The notes under the pieces are model-generated. The model had not been told where the DNA came from. It ran no database searches and worked only from the letters and a program-made list of their open reading frames with translations. The position numbers and the translations under genes are program-made. Below are positions 1 to 10,000 of a DNA stretch of 64,000 nucleotides, piece by piece (position 1 is the stretch's first letter; every line of letters begins with the position of its first letter). Location: the NCBI GenBank assembly GCA_040387325.1, contig JAZKDY010000076.1, positions 6,438-70,437 of the forward strand, read 5' to 3'. Source of the DNA: Pseudomonadota bacterium. GTDB lineage: Bacteria > Pseudomonadota > Gammaproteobacteria > Burkholderiales > Burkholderiaceae_C.

Positions 1-1
1 C

Positions 2-70
2 GGACCCAGTGGTGGCCTTGGATTGATTGTCCTCATACTGGTGATCCTGCTGCTGATGGGCCGAATCTAA
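2..70 (+). CDS. DUF3309 family small membrane protein, 3' end (5'-truncated by window)
   Basis: Frame 2 reads GPSGGLGLIVLILVILLLMGRI*, the characteristic DUF3309 C-terminus. Confidence 0.8.
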   Translation, partial: GPSGGLGLIVLILVILLLMGRI

Positions 71-81
71 ATCAGCACAGC

Positions 82-120
82 AAAAAAGGGGCAGTGCCGT
101 TATGGCACTGCCCCTTTTCT
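82..120. terminator. Bidirectional intrinsic terminator
   Basis: AAAAAAGGGGCAGTGCC-gttat-GGCACTGCCCCTTTT hairpin between convergent genes. Confidence 0.85.
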
Positions 121-134
121 ATTGGGCCGGAGGA

Positions 135-362
135 TCAGTGCGGGTTGCCGGGGCGCGCAGCCATGCGCGCCAAAGCCACCAGGGCCGCACCGGTTGCGGC
201 AGCAATCAGCATGGATTTGACAGGCTTTTCGCGGATGTAGGCAACCGTCTTGTCGGAGGCCTGGTTGGCCAGACGCTGGGTACTGTGGACCATTGCGTCT
301 GCGGACTGGGCCGCATGCGCAATCAACGCGTTGGACGCGTCGGTAATGGTGTTGGATTGCAT
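135..362 (-). CDS. ElaB/YqjD (DUF883)-like tail-anchored membrane protein
   Basis: MQSNTIT... preceded by AGGA RBS; C-terminal YIREKPVKSMLIAAATGAALVAL motif. Confidence 0.7.
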   Translation of the reverse strand: MQSNTITDASNALIAHAAQSADAMVHSTQRLANQASDKTVAYIREKPVKSMLIAAATGAALVALARMAARPGNPH

Positions 363-390
363 GGTGTTTTCCTGAATGTAAATGGACTGA

Positions 391-1005
391 TTACTTGCCA
401 AAACGTGTCTTGACCTGGATTTGGCAGTTGTCCTTGGCGGCACCAGCCATCGCATCACACTTCTCTTTTTCAACCTTGTACTGTGCATCCGTCTTGTCGG
501 AGGCTGCGTCGCTGCGTGCATCAACGATCTTTTCATTGGCCTTGTTGGCGGCCTTGGTGATGGTCTTGCTGGCGTCCTTGTTGGCATCGGTAGTTTTCAT
601 CAGCGCTTTGGCATCGGCCTTGGCGGCTACTTCAGCAGCTTTGGCTTCCTTGATGCAAACGTCCTTGGCATTGCCGGTCTGCTCCTGGCACTTCTGGTGT
701 GCCAGGTCATAGGCGGCTTCGGCCTTTGCATCGCTGGCCTGCTGTTGGTGTTTAGGCGTTGGATCGTTGCTGGCATCCAGGTTGGCCAGGGCTACCTTCT
801 TGTTGCCCTTGGCTTCTACCGTACAGATCTTCTTGGGATTGCCGGCGAGGGAATCGCAGGGGACCAGCGCAGCTTTGTAGTCCGCTTCGATCTTGGCCTT
901 GGCGTCTTTCAGTTCCACTTTGGTCATGGTGTCGGCAGCAAAAGCGCCGGCGCCAAATGTCAGGCCCGTTGCGAGGGCGATGCAGTTCAGTGTGTGCAGT
1001 TTCAT
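391..1005 (-). CDS. Secreted Ala/Lys-rich protein with three C-x5-G-x2-K-x2-C repeats
   Basis: Signal peptide (AFA-A); CDSLAGNPKKIC, CQEQTGNAKDVC, CDAMAGAAKDNC; AGGAG RBS. Confidence 0.8.
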   Translation of the reverse strand: MKLHTLNCIALATGLTFGAGAFAADTMTKVELKDAKAKIEADYKAALVPCDSLAGNPKKICTVEAKGNKKVALANLDASNDPTPKHQQQASDAKAEAAYDLAHQKCQEQTGNAKDVCIKEAKAAEVAAKADAKALMKTTDANKDASKTITKAANKANEKIVDARSDAASDKTDAQYKVEKEKCDAMAGAAKDNCQIQVKTRFGK

Positions 1006-1044
1006 GGTATCTCCTTGGAGGGTTAAAAAAAAGGTAGGCAGTGC

Positions 1045-2184
1045 TTAACGTTCACCGGTGACTTCAACGTCCACGCGGCGATCCGGTTGCAAACAGGCAA
1101 TCAGGCTGGGGGTGGGCTTGTTGCCCTTGCAGTCTTCCGGTTTGGTTTCGGGGTTGGTCTCGCCGCGTCCAGTCGAGGTGATCTTGCGTGCATCAATGCC
1201 GCCGTTGGTGATCAGGTAAGCCTTGACCGCATCGGCGCGTTCCTGCGACAACTTCTGGTTGTAGGCTTCTGATCCCAGGCGGTCAGTATTGCCTTCTACG
1301 GAAACCATGTTGTAGCGTGTGCCTTGCAGGTCACGGCCAAAGGCATCCAGTGCTGCACGACCGTCGGGGCGGATCACGGCCTTGTCAAAGCTGAACAGGG
1401 AGTCAGCAGAAAACTGCACCCGGCGTGGTGCTGGCATGGGGGCGGGTGGCGGTGGTGTCACCACTGCAACGGGGGCTGGTGGGGGTGGGGGCGCCACGTA
1501 GACCGGTGGGGCTACCGCGGCTACCTGCTGCGGTGCCTTGCGCCCAAATGGGAAAACCAGTGACATCGAGTAGTAGTTGACATCACCGTTGGTGGCAATG
1601 CCGTCCCGGACCCTGAAGCGTTCGGCCTCACCGCGCAACAGAACCGATGGCGTGATCTCGTACTGCAAACCCAGGCCAACCTTCATGTTGTTGGCACGCG
1701 AGCTGTTGTCGTTGGATGCCGACGCCGACAGACCCGGGCCAGAGAATGAGTCACGGGTGTTCGCATGCTGCACACCAATACGGGCCAGTGCAGTCCACTT
1801 GGTACTCAGGGGCATGCTGCCGACCAGGTCGACATTGACGCCTTCGATCTCATAACGGCCATTCAGCGTGCCGCCCGGCATGGAGGTGCCGTAAGTGAAC
1901 TTGCCCAGATTGAAGTAACCCGCTTCCAGTGCAAAGTTTTTGTTGAACTGGTAGCCGCCGAATACTTTGTATGCGGTGTCCTGGGTTTCGTTGGTAAACG
2001 ACTTGGGACTATTGGACGACTTCATCAGACTGTCCGTTGTGAACCGGTCCTCGATTTGCGACTGCGACTGCCCGGCGCCCAATCCCCAGTAGTAGTACTT
2101 GTTGTCCTGCGCCATGGCAGACGTTGCCAGGATTGTCCCCAGTCCGGCGATGCCCAGCAGATGCAGCGGCGTTAATTTTTTCAT
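1045..2184 (-). CDS. ompA: OmpA family outer membrane protein (beta-barrel, Pro linker, OmpA_C)
   Basis: GGYQFNKNFALEAGY barrel motif; TDRLGSEAYNQKLSQERA and CLQPDRRV peptidoglycan-binding motifs. Confidence 0.9.
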   Translation of the reverse strand: MKKLTPLHLLGIAGLGTILATSAMAQDNKYYYWGLGAGQSQSQIEDRFTTDSLMKSSNSPKSFTNETQDTAYKVFGGYQFNKNFALEAGYFNLGKFTYGTSMPGGTLNGRYEIEGVNVDLVGSMPLSTKWTALARIGVQHANTRDSFSGPGLSASASNDNSSRANNMKVGLGLQYEITPSVLLRGEAERFRVRDGIATNGDVNYYSMSLVFPFGRKAPQQVAAVAPPVYVAPPPPPAPVAVVTPPPPAPMPAPRRVQFSADSLFSFDKAVIRPDGRAALDAFGRDLQGTRYNMVSVEGNTDRLGSEAYNQKLSQERADAVKAYLITNGGIDARKITSTGRGETNPETKPEDCKGNKPTPSLIACLQPDRRVDVEVTGER

Positions 2185-2258
2185 GTCTGTCTTTCGTGAA
2201 TGTGTGAGTCAGTACCGTGTGTACAGACTGCATGTTCACGGGCCGCAGTCGTTTGGTC

Positions 2259-2274
2259 CGTGCGCCAAAACACA
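2259..2274 (-). promoter_or_regulatory. Crp/Fnr-type box 1 (ompA operon)
   Basis: TGTGTT-TTGG-CGCACG then GAC; GAACAT 21 nt downstream (2237-2232). Confidence 0.65.
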
Positions 2275-2335
2275 TAAACGCGGACATATGCAGCGCTGTT
2301 GTGTGGTCGCCACCGCGGCGCCACATACCGACCTA

Positions 2336-2351
2336 CGTGCGCCAAGACACA
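2336..2351 (+). promoter_or_regulatory. Crp/Fnr-type box 2 (DUF4398-OmpA operon)
   Basis: CGTGCG-CCAA-GACACA then GAC; TACAAC 21 nt downstream (2373-2378). Confidence 0.65.
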
Positions 2352-2433
2352 GACGCGAATGCACGCCTGTTTTACAACCATGGCGTCACCACCGCATTCG
2401 CGATTGACAAACACTTTACGAAGAAAGCTGAAT

Positions 2434-2829
2434 ATGAAACTGTCCAAACCAATGCCCAACCAATGGTTGCTAACCGTTGCCTGTGTTGTCGGAGCCCTTG
2501 CCCTTGTTGCGTGTAGCAGCAGCCAGAAGGCGCCAGCCACCGCGGATGTCGCGGTATCGCAGGCTGCAGTAGAGAACGCCAGCAGCGCAGACGGAACCGA
2601 ATTCGCACCGGCAGAAATGCGTGCTGCACGCGACAAGCTGGCTGCTGCCAAACAAGCGCTGGCCGCCAAGGATTACAAGGCCGCCTCCGACTATGCCAAC
2701 CAGGCCCAGGCCGACGCGAAGCTTGCCCAGGCCAAGGCCGGCTCGGCCAAGGCACAAGCCGTATCCGCCACGTTGCAGGAAGACATCCGTGTTTTGCGCA
2801 GCGAGCTTGACCGCGCTGGCACCCAGTAA
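2434..2829 (+). CDS. DUF4398 domain lipoprotein
   Basis: Lipobox LVAC; FAPAEMRAARDKL...QAQADAKLA pattern; typical partner of the downstream OmpA protein. Confidence 0.85.
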   Translation: MKLSKPMPNQWLLTVACVVGALALVACSSSQKAPATADVAVSQAAVENASSADGTEFAPAEMRAARDKLAAAKQALAAKDYKAASDYANQAQADAKLAQAKAGSAKAQAVSATLQEDIRVLRSELDRAGTQ

Positions 2830-2850
2830 TTTCCATCCAAGGCATTCACC

Positions 2851-3783
2851 ATGAAAACAAACCGTATCTACATCCTGCTGGCAGCCACCGTCGTGTTGCT
2901 CAGCGCCTGCGCCAGTGGCCCCAAGACCACCAGCCTGCTTGAACAGGTCCGCGTGGAGTACGCGCAGGCCCAGGGCAATCCCAAAGTCGCCACCCATGCA
3001 GCGCTCGAAATGCAAGCGGCAACCGACGCATTGGCAAAGGCCGAAGCGGCAGCAAAGGGCCGGGAGAGCCTGGAAACCGTGGACAAGCTGGCATACCTGA
3101 CCAAGCAAAAGATTGCACTGGCCAACGAAGTGGCCAGCAGGAAATCGTCTGAGGCGGACATCGCCAGCGCCGCAGCCATCCGTGACCAGGTGCGCCTGGA
3201 CCAGCGCACGCTGGAGGCCAACCAGGCCCGCATGAAAGCCGAAGACGCTGAACGTGCAGCCCAGGCCGCACGTGACGCCGCCGCCGCCGCCACACAGCAG
3301 AAAAACCAGGCCCAGGCCAATGAATCCGAAGCGCAGCGACTGGCAGCCGAGGCATTGGCACGCAACCAGCAACTGGAAGCCCAATTGGCAGAGATGGCCG
3401 CGAAAAAGACCGAGCGTGGTCTCATCATTACCTTGGGTGATGTGCTGTTTTCCGTCGACCAGGCCCGGCTGAATGCCGAGGGCATTCGTATGGTCCAGCG
3501 TCTGGCCACCGTATTGCAGCAGAACCCCAAACGTTCCGTGCTGGTAGAGGGTTTTACCGATAGCACCGGCAGCACACAACACAACCAGGACCTGTCCGAG
3601 CGCCGCGCCGCGGCCGTGCGTGATGCGTTGCTGGAGCTTGGTGTATCCCGTGGACAGATTGCGGTGCGGGGTTACGGTGAAGCGTATCCCGCTGCACCCA
3701 ATGACACCGCGCAGAACCGCCAGCTGAATCGGCGCGTGGAGATCGTGCTGTCTGACGAACGCGGTGTGATTACTCCACGTTAA
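2851..3783 (+). CDS. DUF4398-coiled coil-OmpA_C lipoprotein
   Basis: Lipobox LSAC; TERGLIITLGDVLF, EGFTDSTGS, NRRVEI motifs. Confidence 0.9.
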   Translation: MKTNRIYILLAATVVLLSACASGPKTTSLLEQVRVEYAQAQGNPKVATHAALEMQAATDALAKAEAAAKGRESLETVDKLAYLTKQKIALANEVASRKSSEADIASAAAIRDQVRLDQRTLEANQARMKAEDAERAAQAARDAAAAATQQKNQAQANESEAQRLAAEALARNQQLEAQLAEMAAKKTERGLIITLGDVLFSVDQARLNAEGIRMVQRLATVLQQNPKRSVLVEGFTDSTGSTQHNQDLSERRAAAVRDALLELGVSRGQIAVRGYGEAYPAAPNDTAQNRQLNRRVEIVLSDERGVITPR

Positions 3784-3920
3784 GCACCCTGTCGCACTGA
3801 ACGGAGCCTCCCATGAAAGCCAATACCCATACCGCCCGATCCTGGAGTACCGCGTCCTTCGGTGGCAATACGGACACCTCCCCGGTGGAGTTGTCCTCCC
3901 TGGGGGACCACCTGGGTACC

Positions 3921-3936
3921 TGTACGACCCCGCACA
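3921..3936 (+). promoter_or_regulatory. Crp/Fnr-type box 3 (glucan synthase)
   Basis: TGTACG-ACCC-CGCACA, good palindrome; no convincing -10 at 21 nt. Confidence 0.55.
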
Positions 3937-3983
3937 AACATCTGTTTGCGCTGCATTGCATGGCAGAAGCCACGCGTGGATTC

Positions 3984-4055
3984 ATGGCGGCCCGTTTCAT
4001 AACGACGTTGATCGGTTTTGCGCTGCTGATCGCAGTAGCAGCGCTGACGCTGTAA
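3984..4055 (+). CDS. Putative 23-aa single-helix membrane peptide
   Basis: MAARFITTLIGFALLIAVAALTL*; ends 3 nt before the glucan synthase ATG and lies downstream of box 3. Confidence 0.3.
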   Translation: MAARFITTLIGFALLIAVAALTL

Positions 4056-4058
4056 GCC

Positions 4059-7000
4059 ATGGCGCGACCCGCCCTGGCAGACTTGCTTCCGGGCGCCACG
4101 CCTGCACTGTGCAACATGCTGGACCCGTCCCGAGGGGCGGTCCAGCCTCCCATTCGATCTGAAATTTTTGGCGCCCAGCGGTTTGCGCAGCATGGCGTGA
4201 GCCTGGGCGCTACCCACCGGGCCGAAGCGGTGTCCATCTTTGCGGCCACATTTTTTCCCCGGTTGAAAAGCAACATCCAGGTTTTGCGCGAAGCACACCG
4301 CTATATCGGTGTGCAGGCCAGTACCGGGTATGACATCAGTCCCGCGGCCGAGTGGTTGCTGGACAACTTTCACACCATAGAGGCGCAGCTCAAGGAGATC
4401 CATGAGGGTTTGCCGCGCAGCTACTTCCGCAGCCTGCCCGTACTGCAGGACGAACCACTGGCCGGTCTGCCGCGTGTGTACGGCGTGGCCTGGGCGTTTG
4501 TCGCCCACACGGACGGTGCGTTTGACGAAGCGCTGCTGGCACATTTCCTGACGGCCTACCAGGAGGTACGCGAACTCAAGCTCAGCGAGGTCTGGGCCAT
4601 GCCGACCACGTTGCGCGTGGTGCTGATCGAGAACCTGCGCCGGCTGGCCGAACGCGTGGCCACCAACAAGGCCGCCCGTGAGGTGGCCAACATCTGTTTT
4701 GACCGCATCGACAGTTACGATGCCGACGCGCTGGACGAACTGCTGACCCTGTTGACATTGCGTGGTGTGGGGCGCGTGTTCCTGGCGCAGATGGCGCAGC
4801 GCCTGCAGGACCGACGCACTGCCGGAGATGACAACGGACAGACGCTGGTTCAGAGCTGGTTGCGGGTTGCGTTGCCCGATCTGGGTGCCATGCAGATCCA
4901 GCAGAGCGCCGACCAGGCGCAGGACAATTTGAGTGTCAGCAATGCCGTGATGTCCTTGCGCGCGATTGGTGATGCGGACTGGTCGGGCATCATTGCGCGC
5001 ACCAGCGCCCTGATGCAGTTGATGCTGACCTCGCCCCTGTTTTCTGCCGAGGATGACGCCACGCGTGACCAGACCCTGCATGCCATTGAAAAGCTGGCCA
5101 GGCGCAGTGGCCAGAGCGAGGTATCGGTCGCGCGCGCCTTGCTGAGGCTTATGCAAACCTCCGACCCGGCCGACGGTCTGTCCGGGGTGGCCCACCACTG
5201 GCTGCGCGGTGCTGGCCAAGCCGCGCTGATGCAGGCGATAGGCCTGCCCGATCGCGCAGGATACTTCTGGCAAAACTGCGTCCGCCGCCTCGTCTTGCCA
5301 GCCTACTTGCTGGTTTTGTGTAGTGCCTTGTCGCTGCTGGTGTGGTGGCTGCTGCACCACGGGGGTGGAACGGCAGGGTATGGAAATTACACGTGGTTGA
5401 CGCTTGTATGTGTGGCGGCAATGTTGTTTCCCGCATCCGAAGCGGTGGTGGCCGTCGTGAACCGTCTGATCAGTGAATCAGCCCGACCGCAACACTTGCC
5501 CCGGCTGGCCCTGCTGGACGGCATTCCACCGGAGCACCGGGTCCTGGTGGTTATTCCCGGCATGCTGACGACTGCAGCGGCAACCCAGGAACTGGTTCAC
5601 CATCTGGAGCTGCACTACCTTGCCAACCCTGAGTCCGAGGCGCAGTTTGCGCTGCTCACGGATTGGGCCGATGCCGATACGCCACAGCTCAGCAGCGATG
5701 GTGCCATGCTGGCGCTGGCGCAAGAGCAGATGGATGCCCTCAACAGGCGCCACCCCCGTGCACCGGGAGTCACACAGGGAACGGCACGTTTTGTGCTGTT
5801 GCACCGCCACCGCAGCTTTAGTGAAAGTGAACAGCGCTGGATCGGCTGGGAGCGCAAACGTGGCAAGCTGGAGCAGTTGGTCACTGCTTTGGCAACCGAT
5901 GACAACAGTTCCTTTCTGGATCTGGGTGTCGCCTCACAACTGACCCGCAATACGCGCTACATCGTCACGCTGGACAGCGATACCCTGTTGCCATCGGGTC
6001 GGCTGCGCGAACTGGTCAGTGTGGCGGCACATCCGCACAACGAGCCAAGGCTCGATACCAGCGGGCGCAAGGTCGTCAGCGGGTATTGCATTCTGCAGCC
6101 CCGCATCGAGACCCCGCTGCCCACTGCCGAGCTGGCCACACCCTTTCACTGGTTGTTTGCCGGCCAGTGTGGCATTGACCCGTATAGCGCTGCCAGTTCC
6201 GAGGTGTACCAGGACCTGTTTGGCGAAGGCACCTTCACCGGCAAAGGGCTGCTGCACGTGCAAACCCTGCACGCCGTGCTCACAGGCCGCCTGCCTGAGG
6301 GCCAGATACTGAGCCATGATTTGTTGGAAGGTTCGCTGGCGCGCTGTGCGACCGTGACCGATCTTTCGGTGATTGAGGACGCACCCTTCCACGCCGACGT
6401 AGCGGCTGCGCGTGTGCACCGGTGGACCCGCGGGGATTGGCAATTGCTGCCGGTTCTGGCCGCGTCTGTGCTACGGCCCCGCCAATATGGCATTCGGGCC
6501 GTCAACCTCTGGAAAATGCTCGACAACCTGCGCCGGTCGCTGGTCGCGCCCTTGTCGCTGGTTTTTCTGCTGACGGCATTGGCGGGGAGCAGTGTGTCCC
6601 CGTGGATCGCATTGGCCCTGGTGTTCCTCGCGTTTTCTGTGGGGCCCTTGATGGGGGCACTGGCCGGATTTTCGCCACGGCAGGTAGATCTGGCAAAAAC
6701 GCGTTTCTTTGTGGAGGCCGCGGTAGATCTGGGACGCGCCTTGGCCGGCGGCCTCTGGCATGTCGCGCAGCTGGTACACCAGTCGCTGCTGGCAGGTGAT
6801 GCGATCACCCGCGCGCTGCACCGCACCTTCATCAGCCGGCGCCAGTTGCTGCAGTGGACCACAGCCGCAGCCGCACAGTCCTCGGCCAAGACGACGCTGG
6901 AAGGCATTGTGCGTTTGCACTGGCTGGAGCCCGCGACAGCGCTGGCTTTGCTGGTCGGGCTGCTGGTGGCTGGGACACCGTATCCCGGGCTCGCGCTGGG

Positions 7001-10000
7001 TCTTTGCCTGGTGTGGGGCGGATCCCCTGTCTGGATCTGGTGGGCCAGTCGGCCGCGACCACCGGCCACCGATGCGCAGGTGACCGCACTGGATGCTGCC
7101 TACCTGCATGGTGTGGCCCGGGACACGTGGCGCCTGTTTGAGCGGTGTGTGGGGCCGGACGACAAACACCTGCCACCCGACAACCTGCAACTGAGTCCAC
7201 ACGACATCGTGGCGCACCGCACCTCGCCCACCAATATCGGCATGTACCTGCTGAGTGTTGCCTGTGCACGGAAGTTTGGCTGGATTGGTACCCAGGACAT
7301 GCTGAACCGCCTGCAGGCCACTCTGGCAACGCTGATGACACTGGAGCGCCACCGCGGCCATTTCCTCAACTGGTACGACACCCAAAGCGGCGCGCCCCTG
7401 TTGCCCACATATGTCTCCACAGTGGACAGTGGCAACCTCTCGGGGCATTTGCTGGCGCTGGGCCAGGCCTGTCTGGACCTGGCCCATGCGCCGCTGGACG
7501 GTGCTGCCGGGCAGCGTGCAATTGCCCACTCGCGGGCACGCATGGCGCCGCTGTTGGCGCTGCGCTCACAATTGCCGCCACAGCTGCGCGAAGAGCTGCG
7601 CTGGATGCTGGCGGACCACCGCAACACGCTGCGGTCGGCGGCAATGGACGAAACCCTGGACGCCGTTGACGCCGCCCACCAGTTGCGCGCGTTGGCGCGG
7701 GCCTTTACCGACCTGGCCTGGGAGGCCGACTACACATTTTTGTACCACGGCAAGCGCCGGCTCTTCCACATCGGCTACCGGGTTGCCGAACGCCAGCGTG
7801 ATTCGGCGTTCTACGACCTGCTGGCGTCAGAGTCCCGCCTGACCAGCCTGCTGGCGATTGCCAAAGGGGATGTGCCGGTGCGCCACTGGGCCGCGTTGGG
7901 TCGCCCCTTCTTTGCAGTCGGCACCAGCGTGGGCCTGCGCTCGTGGACCGGCTCCATGTTTGAGTACCTGATGCCCAGCCTGGTTCTGGCCGAGCCACAG
8001 GGCAGCGTACTGCAGGCGGCCTGCCATGCCGCACTGCGCGAACAAATGTCGTTCACCCGGGCGCAAGGCTTGCCCTGGGGTGTGTCCGAGTCGGCGTATG
8101 CGGCCAGTGACCACACCCTGGCCTACCAGTACGCCCCCCAGGGGGTTCCGCGTCTGGCCTTGCGCCGCACGCCCGTGGATGAGCTGGTCATTGCACCCTA
8201 TGCCACAGCGCTGGTGGCCCAGATCGCACCGCGCAGTGCGACGCAGAATTTCCGGATACTGGAAAGCCTGGGCGCGCGGGGCCGTTATGGATTCATCGAC
8301 GCGTTGGACTACAGCCCGGCCCGCCGGGTGGACGGCAAATCGTTCACCGCGGTCGACACCGTCATGGCCCACCACCAGGGCATGAGCATCGTGTCTTTGG
8401 CGAACACGCTCCTGCATGGGATCGCGCAGCGCTGGGGCATGGCCAATGCGTCCATGGAGTCTGTGGCTTCGTTGCTGCATGAACCGGTTCCGCGTGCCGT
8501 TTCACTGTTGTATGCGCCGCCGCCCGCATCGCGGCCCGTGGCGCAGCAACGCCGGCGTGTGCCCAGTCTTCTGCGTCCGGTCGTTCCAGGAGCAGCTGCG
8601 GTGGAGCCCACCCACCTGTTGTCCAATGGACGCTACAGTGTGTCGCTGCGTGCCAATGGTGCGGGCTGGAGCCGATGGGGGCAAACCGGCATTACCCGGC
8701 AGCGCGATGACGCCTTGCGTGATGACCGCGGCAGCTTTTTCTACCTGCGCTGGGACCAACAGCGCCTGCCTGTGTCGCTAACCCAGCACCCGGCGCCCGA
8801 CCCCCATGCAAGCTACCGCAGCGTCTTCCATGCAGACCGCGTGTGTTTCGATGCCACATGGGCCGACATCCATGCGCAGACCACGGTCTGGGTCAGCCCC
8901 GAGGACGATATTGAGTTTCGCAGGGTCGAGCTACGCAACGACAGCGACAGGACGCTGGACATCGAGCTGATCTCTGCTTTCGAACCCACGCTTGCGGATC
9001 GGCTGGCCGACGAGGCACACCCGGCCTTCACCAGCCTGTTTGTGCGGGCCGAATGGCTGGTCACCCACCAGTCCCTGTTGCTGGAGCGCAAGCCGCGTCT
9101 GCCCACGGAGCAAGGCCTGCAGGCGGCGCATTTCCTTACCACGTCTGACGCGCGTATTCTGGGCACATCCATACAAACCGACCGGCAGCGCTGGTTGGGT
9201 CGCAACCACTGTTTGGCAAATCCCCTGGCCTCGCTCGATCCGCTGCCCTTGACCACGGCTGAGACCAGCAAGGTCCTGGCTACCGGGCTGGACCCCATGT
9301 GTGCGCTGGCGGTGCAGGTGCGCATCGCGCCCAATGCGCGAATCCAGCTGACGTTTGCAACTGCAGTGGCGGACAACGGTGCGACTTTGCGTGCGGTCAT
9401 CGACAAGTACCGCCTGGTCAACAATGTCAAGCGTTCCTCGTTGATGTCGGCCACGCTGATGGGCATCCGCCTGCGCAGCCTGCGTATCAGCGCAGACAAT
9501 TTTGCGGCCATGCAGACCCTGACCACGGCCATGGTCCTGACGCTGACACGGCCTTCCACACGACCGCCAACCGTGGGCGGTGTGAAGCCCGGGGTGTGCG
9601 ACCGCCGTCTGTTGTGGCGTTTCGGTGTTTCAGGCGACCGGCCGCTGATCCTGGTGTCTGCGGGTGTGTTGCAGGGCCTGGGTCTGCTGCGGGTGATGGC
9701 GCAAGCGCTCAATTTCTGGGCCTGGGGCGGTATCGCCTGTGACCTGGTGGTCGTGAACTCAGAGCCCGCGTCGTACGACATGCCCCTGCAGCGCGAAATC
9801 GCCGCCCTGCGTGACCGCCATCTCTTTGATACGGGCGCACCCCAGCGCCCTGCCGTGACCGGTTTTGTACTGTTGCGGGCGAACGAGTTGTCGGCCGACG
9901 AACTCAGTACGCTCAAGGCCCACGCGCGGGTGCGACTGCATGCCGACGGCCGCCCCCTGGCACACCATGTGCAGGAGTGGATGGACCTGCACGGGCAGGC

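Noticed and set aside
2209-2228. Extra box candidate AGTACCGTGTGTACAGAC
   Set aside because: GT-to-AC spacing is one base short of the invariant geometry and it lies downstream of the predicted -10.
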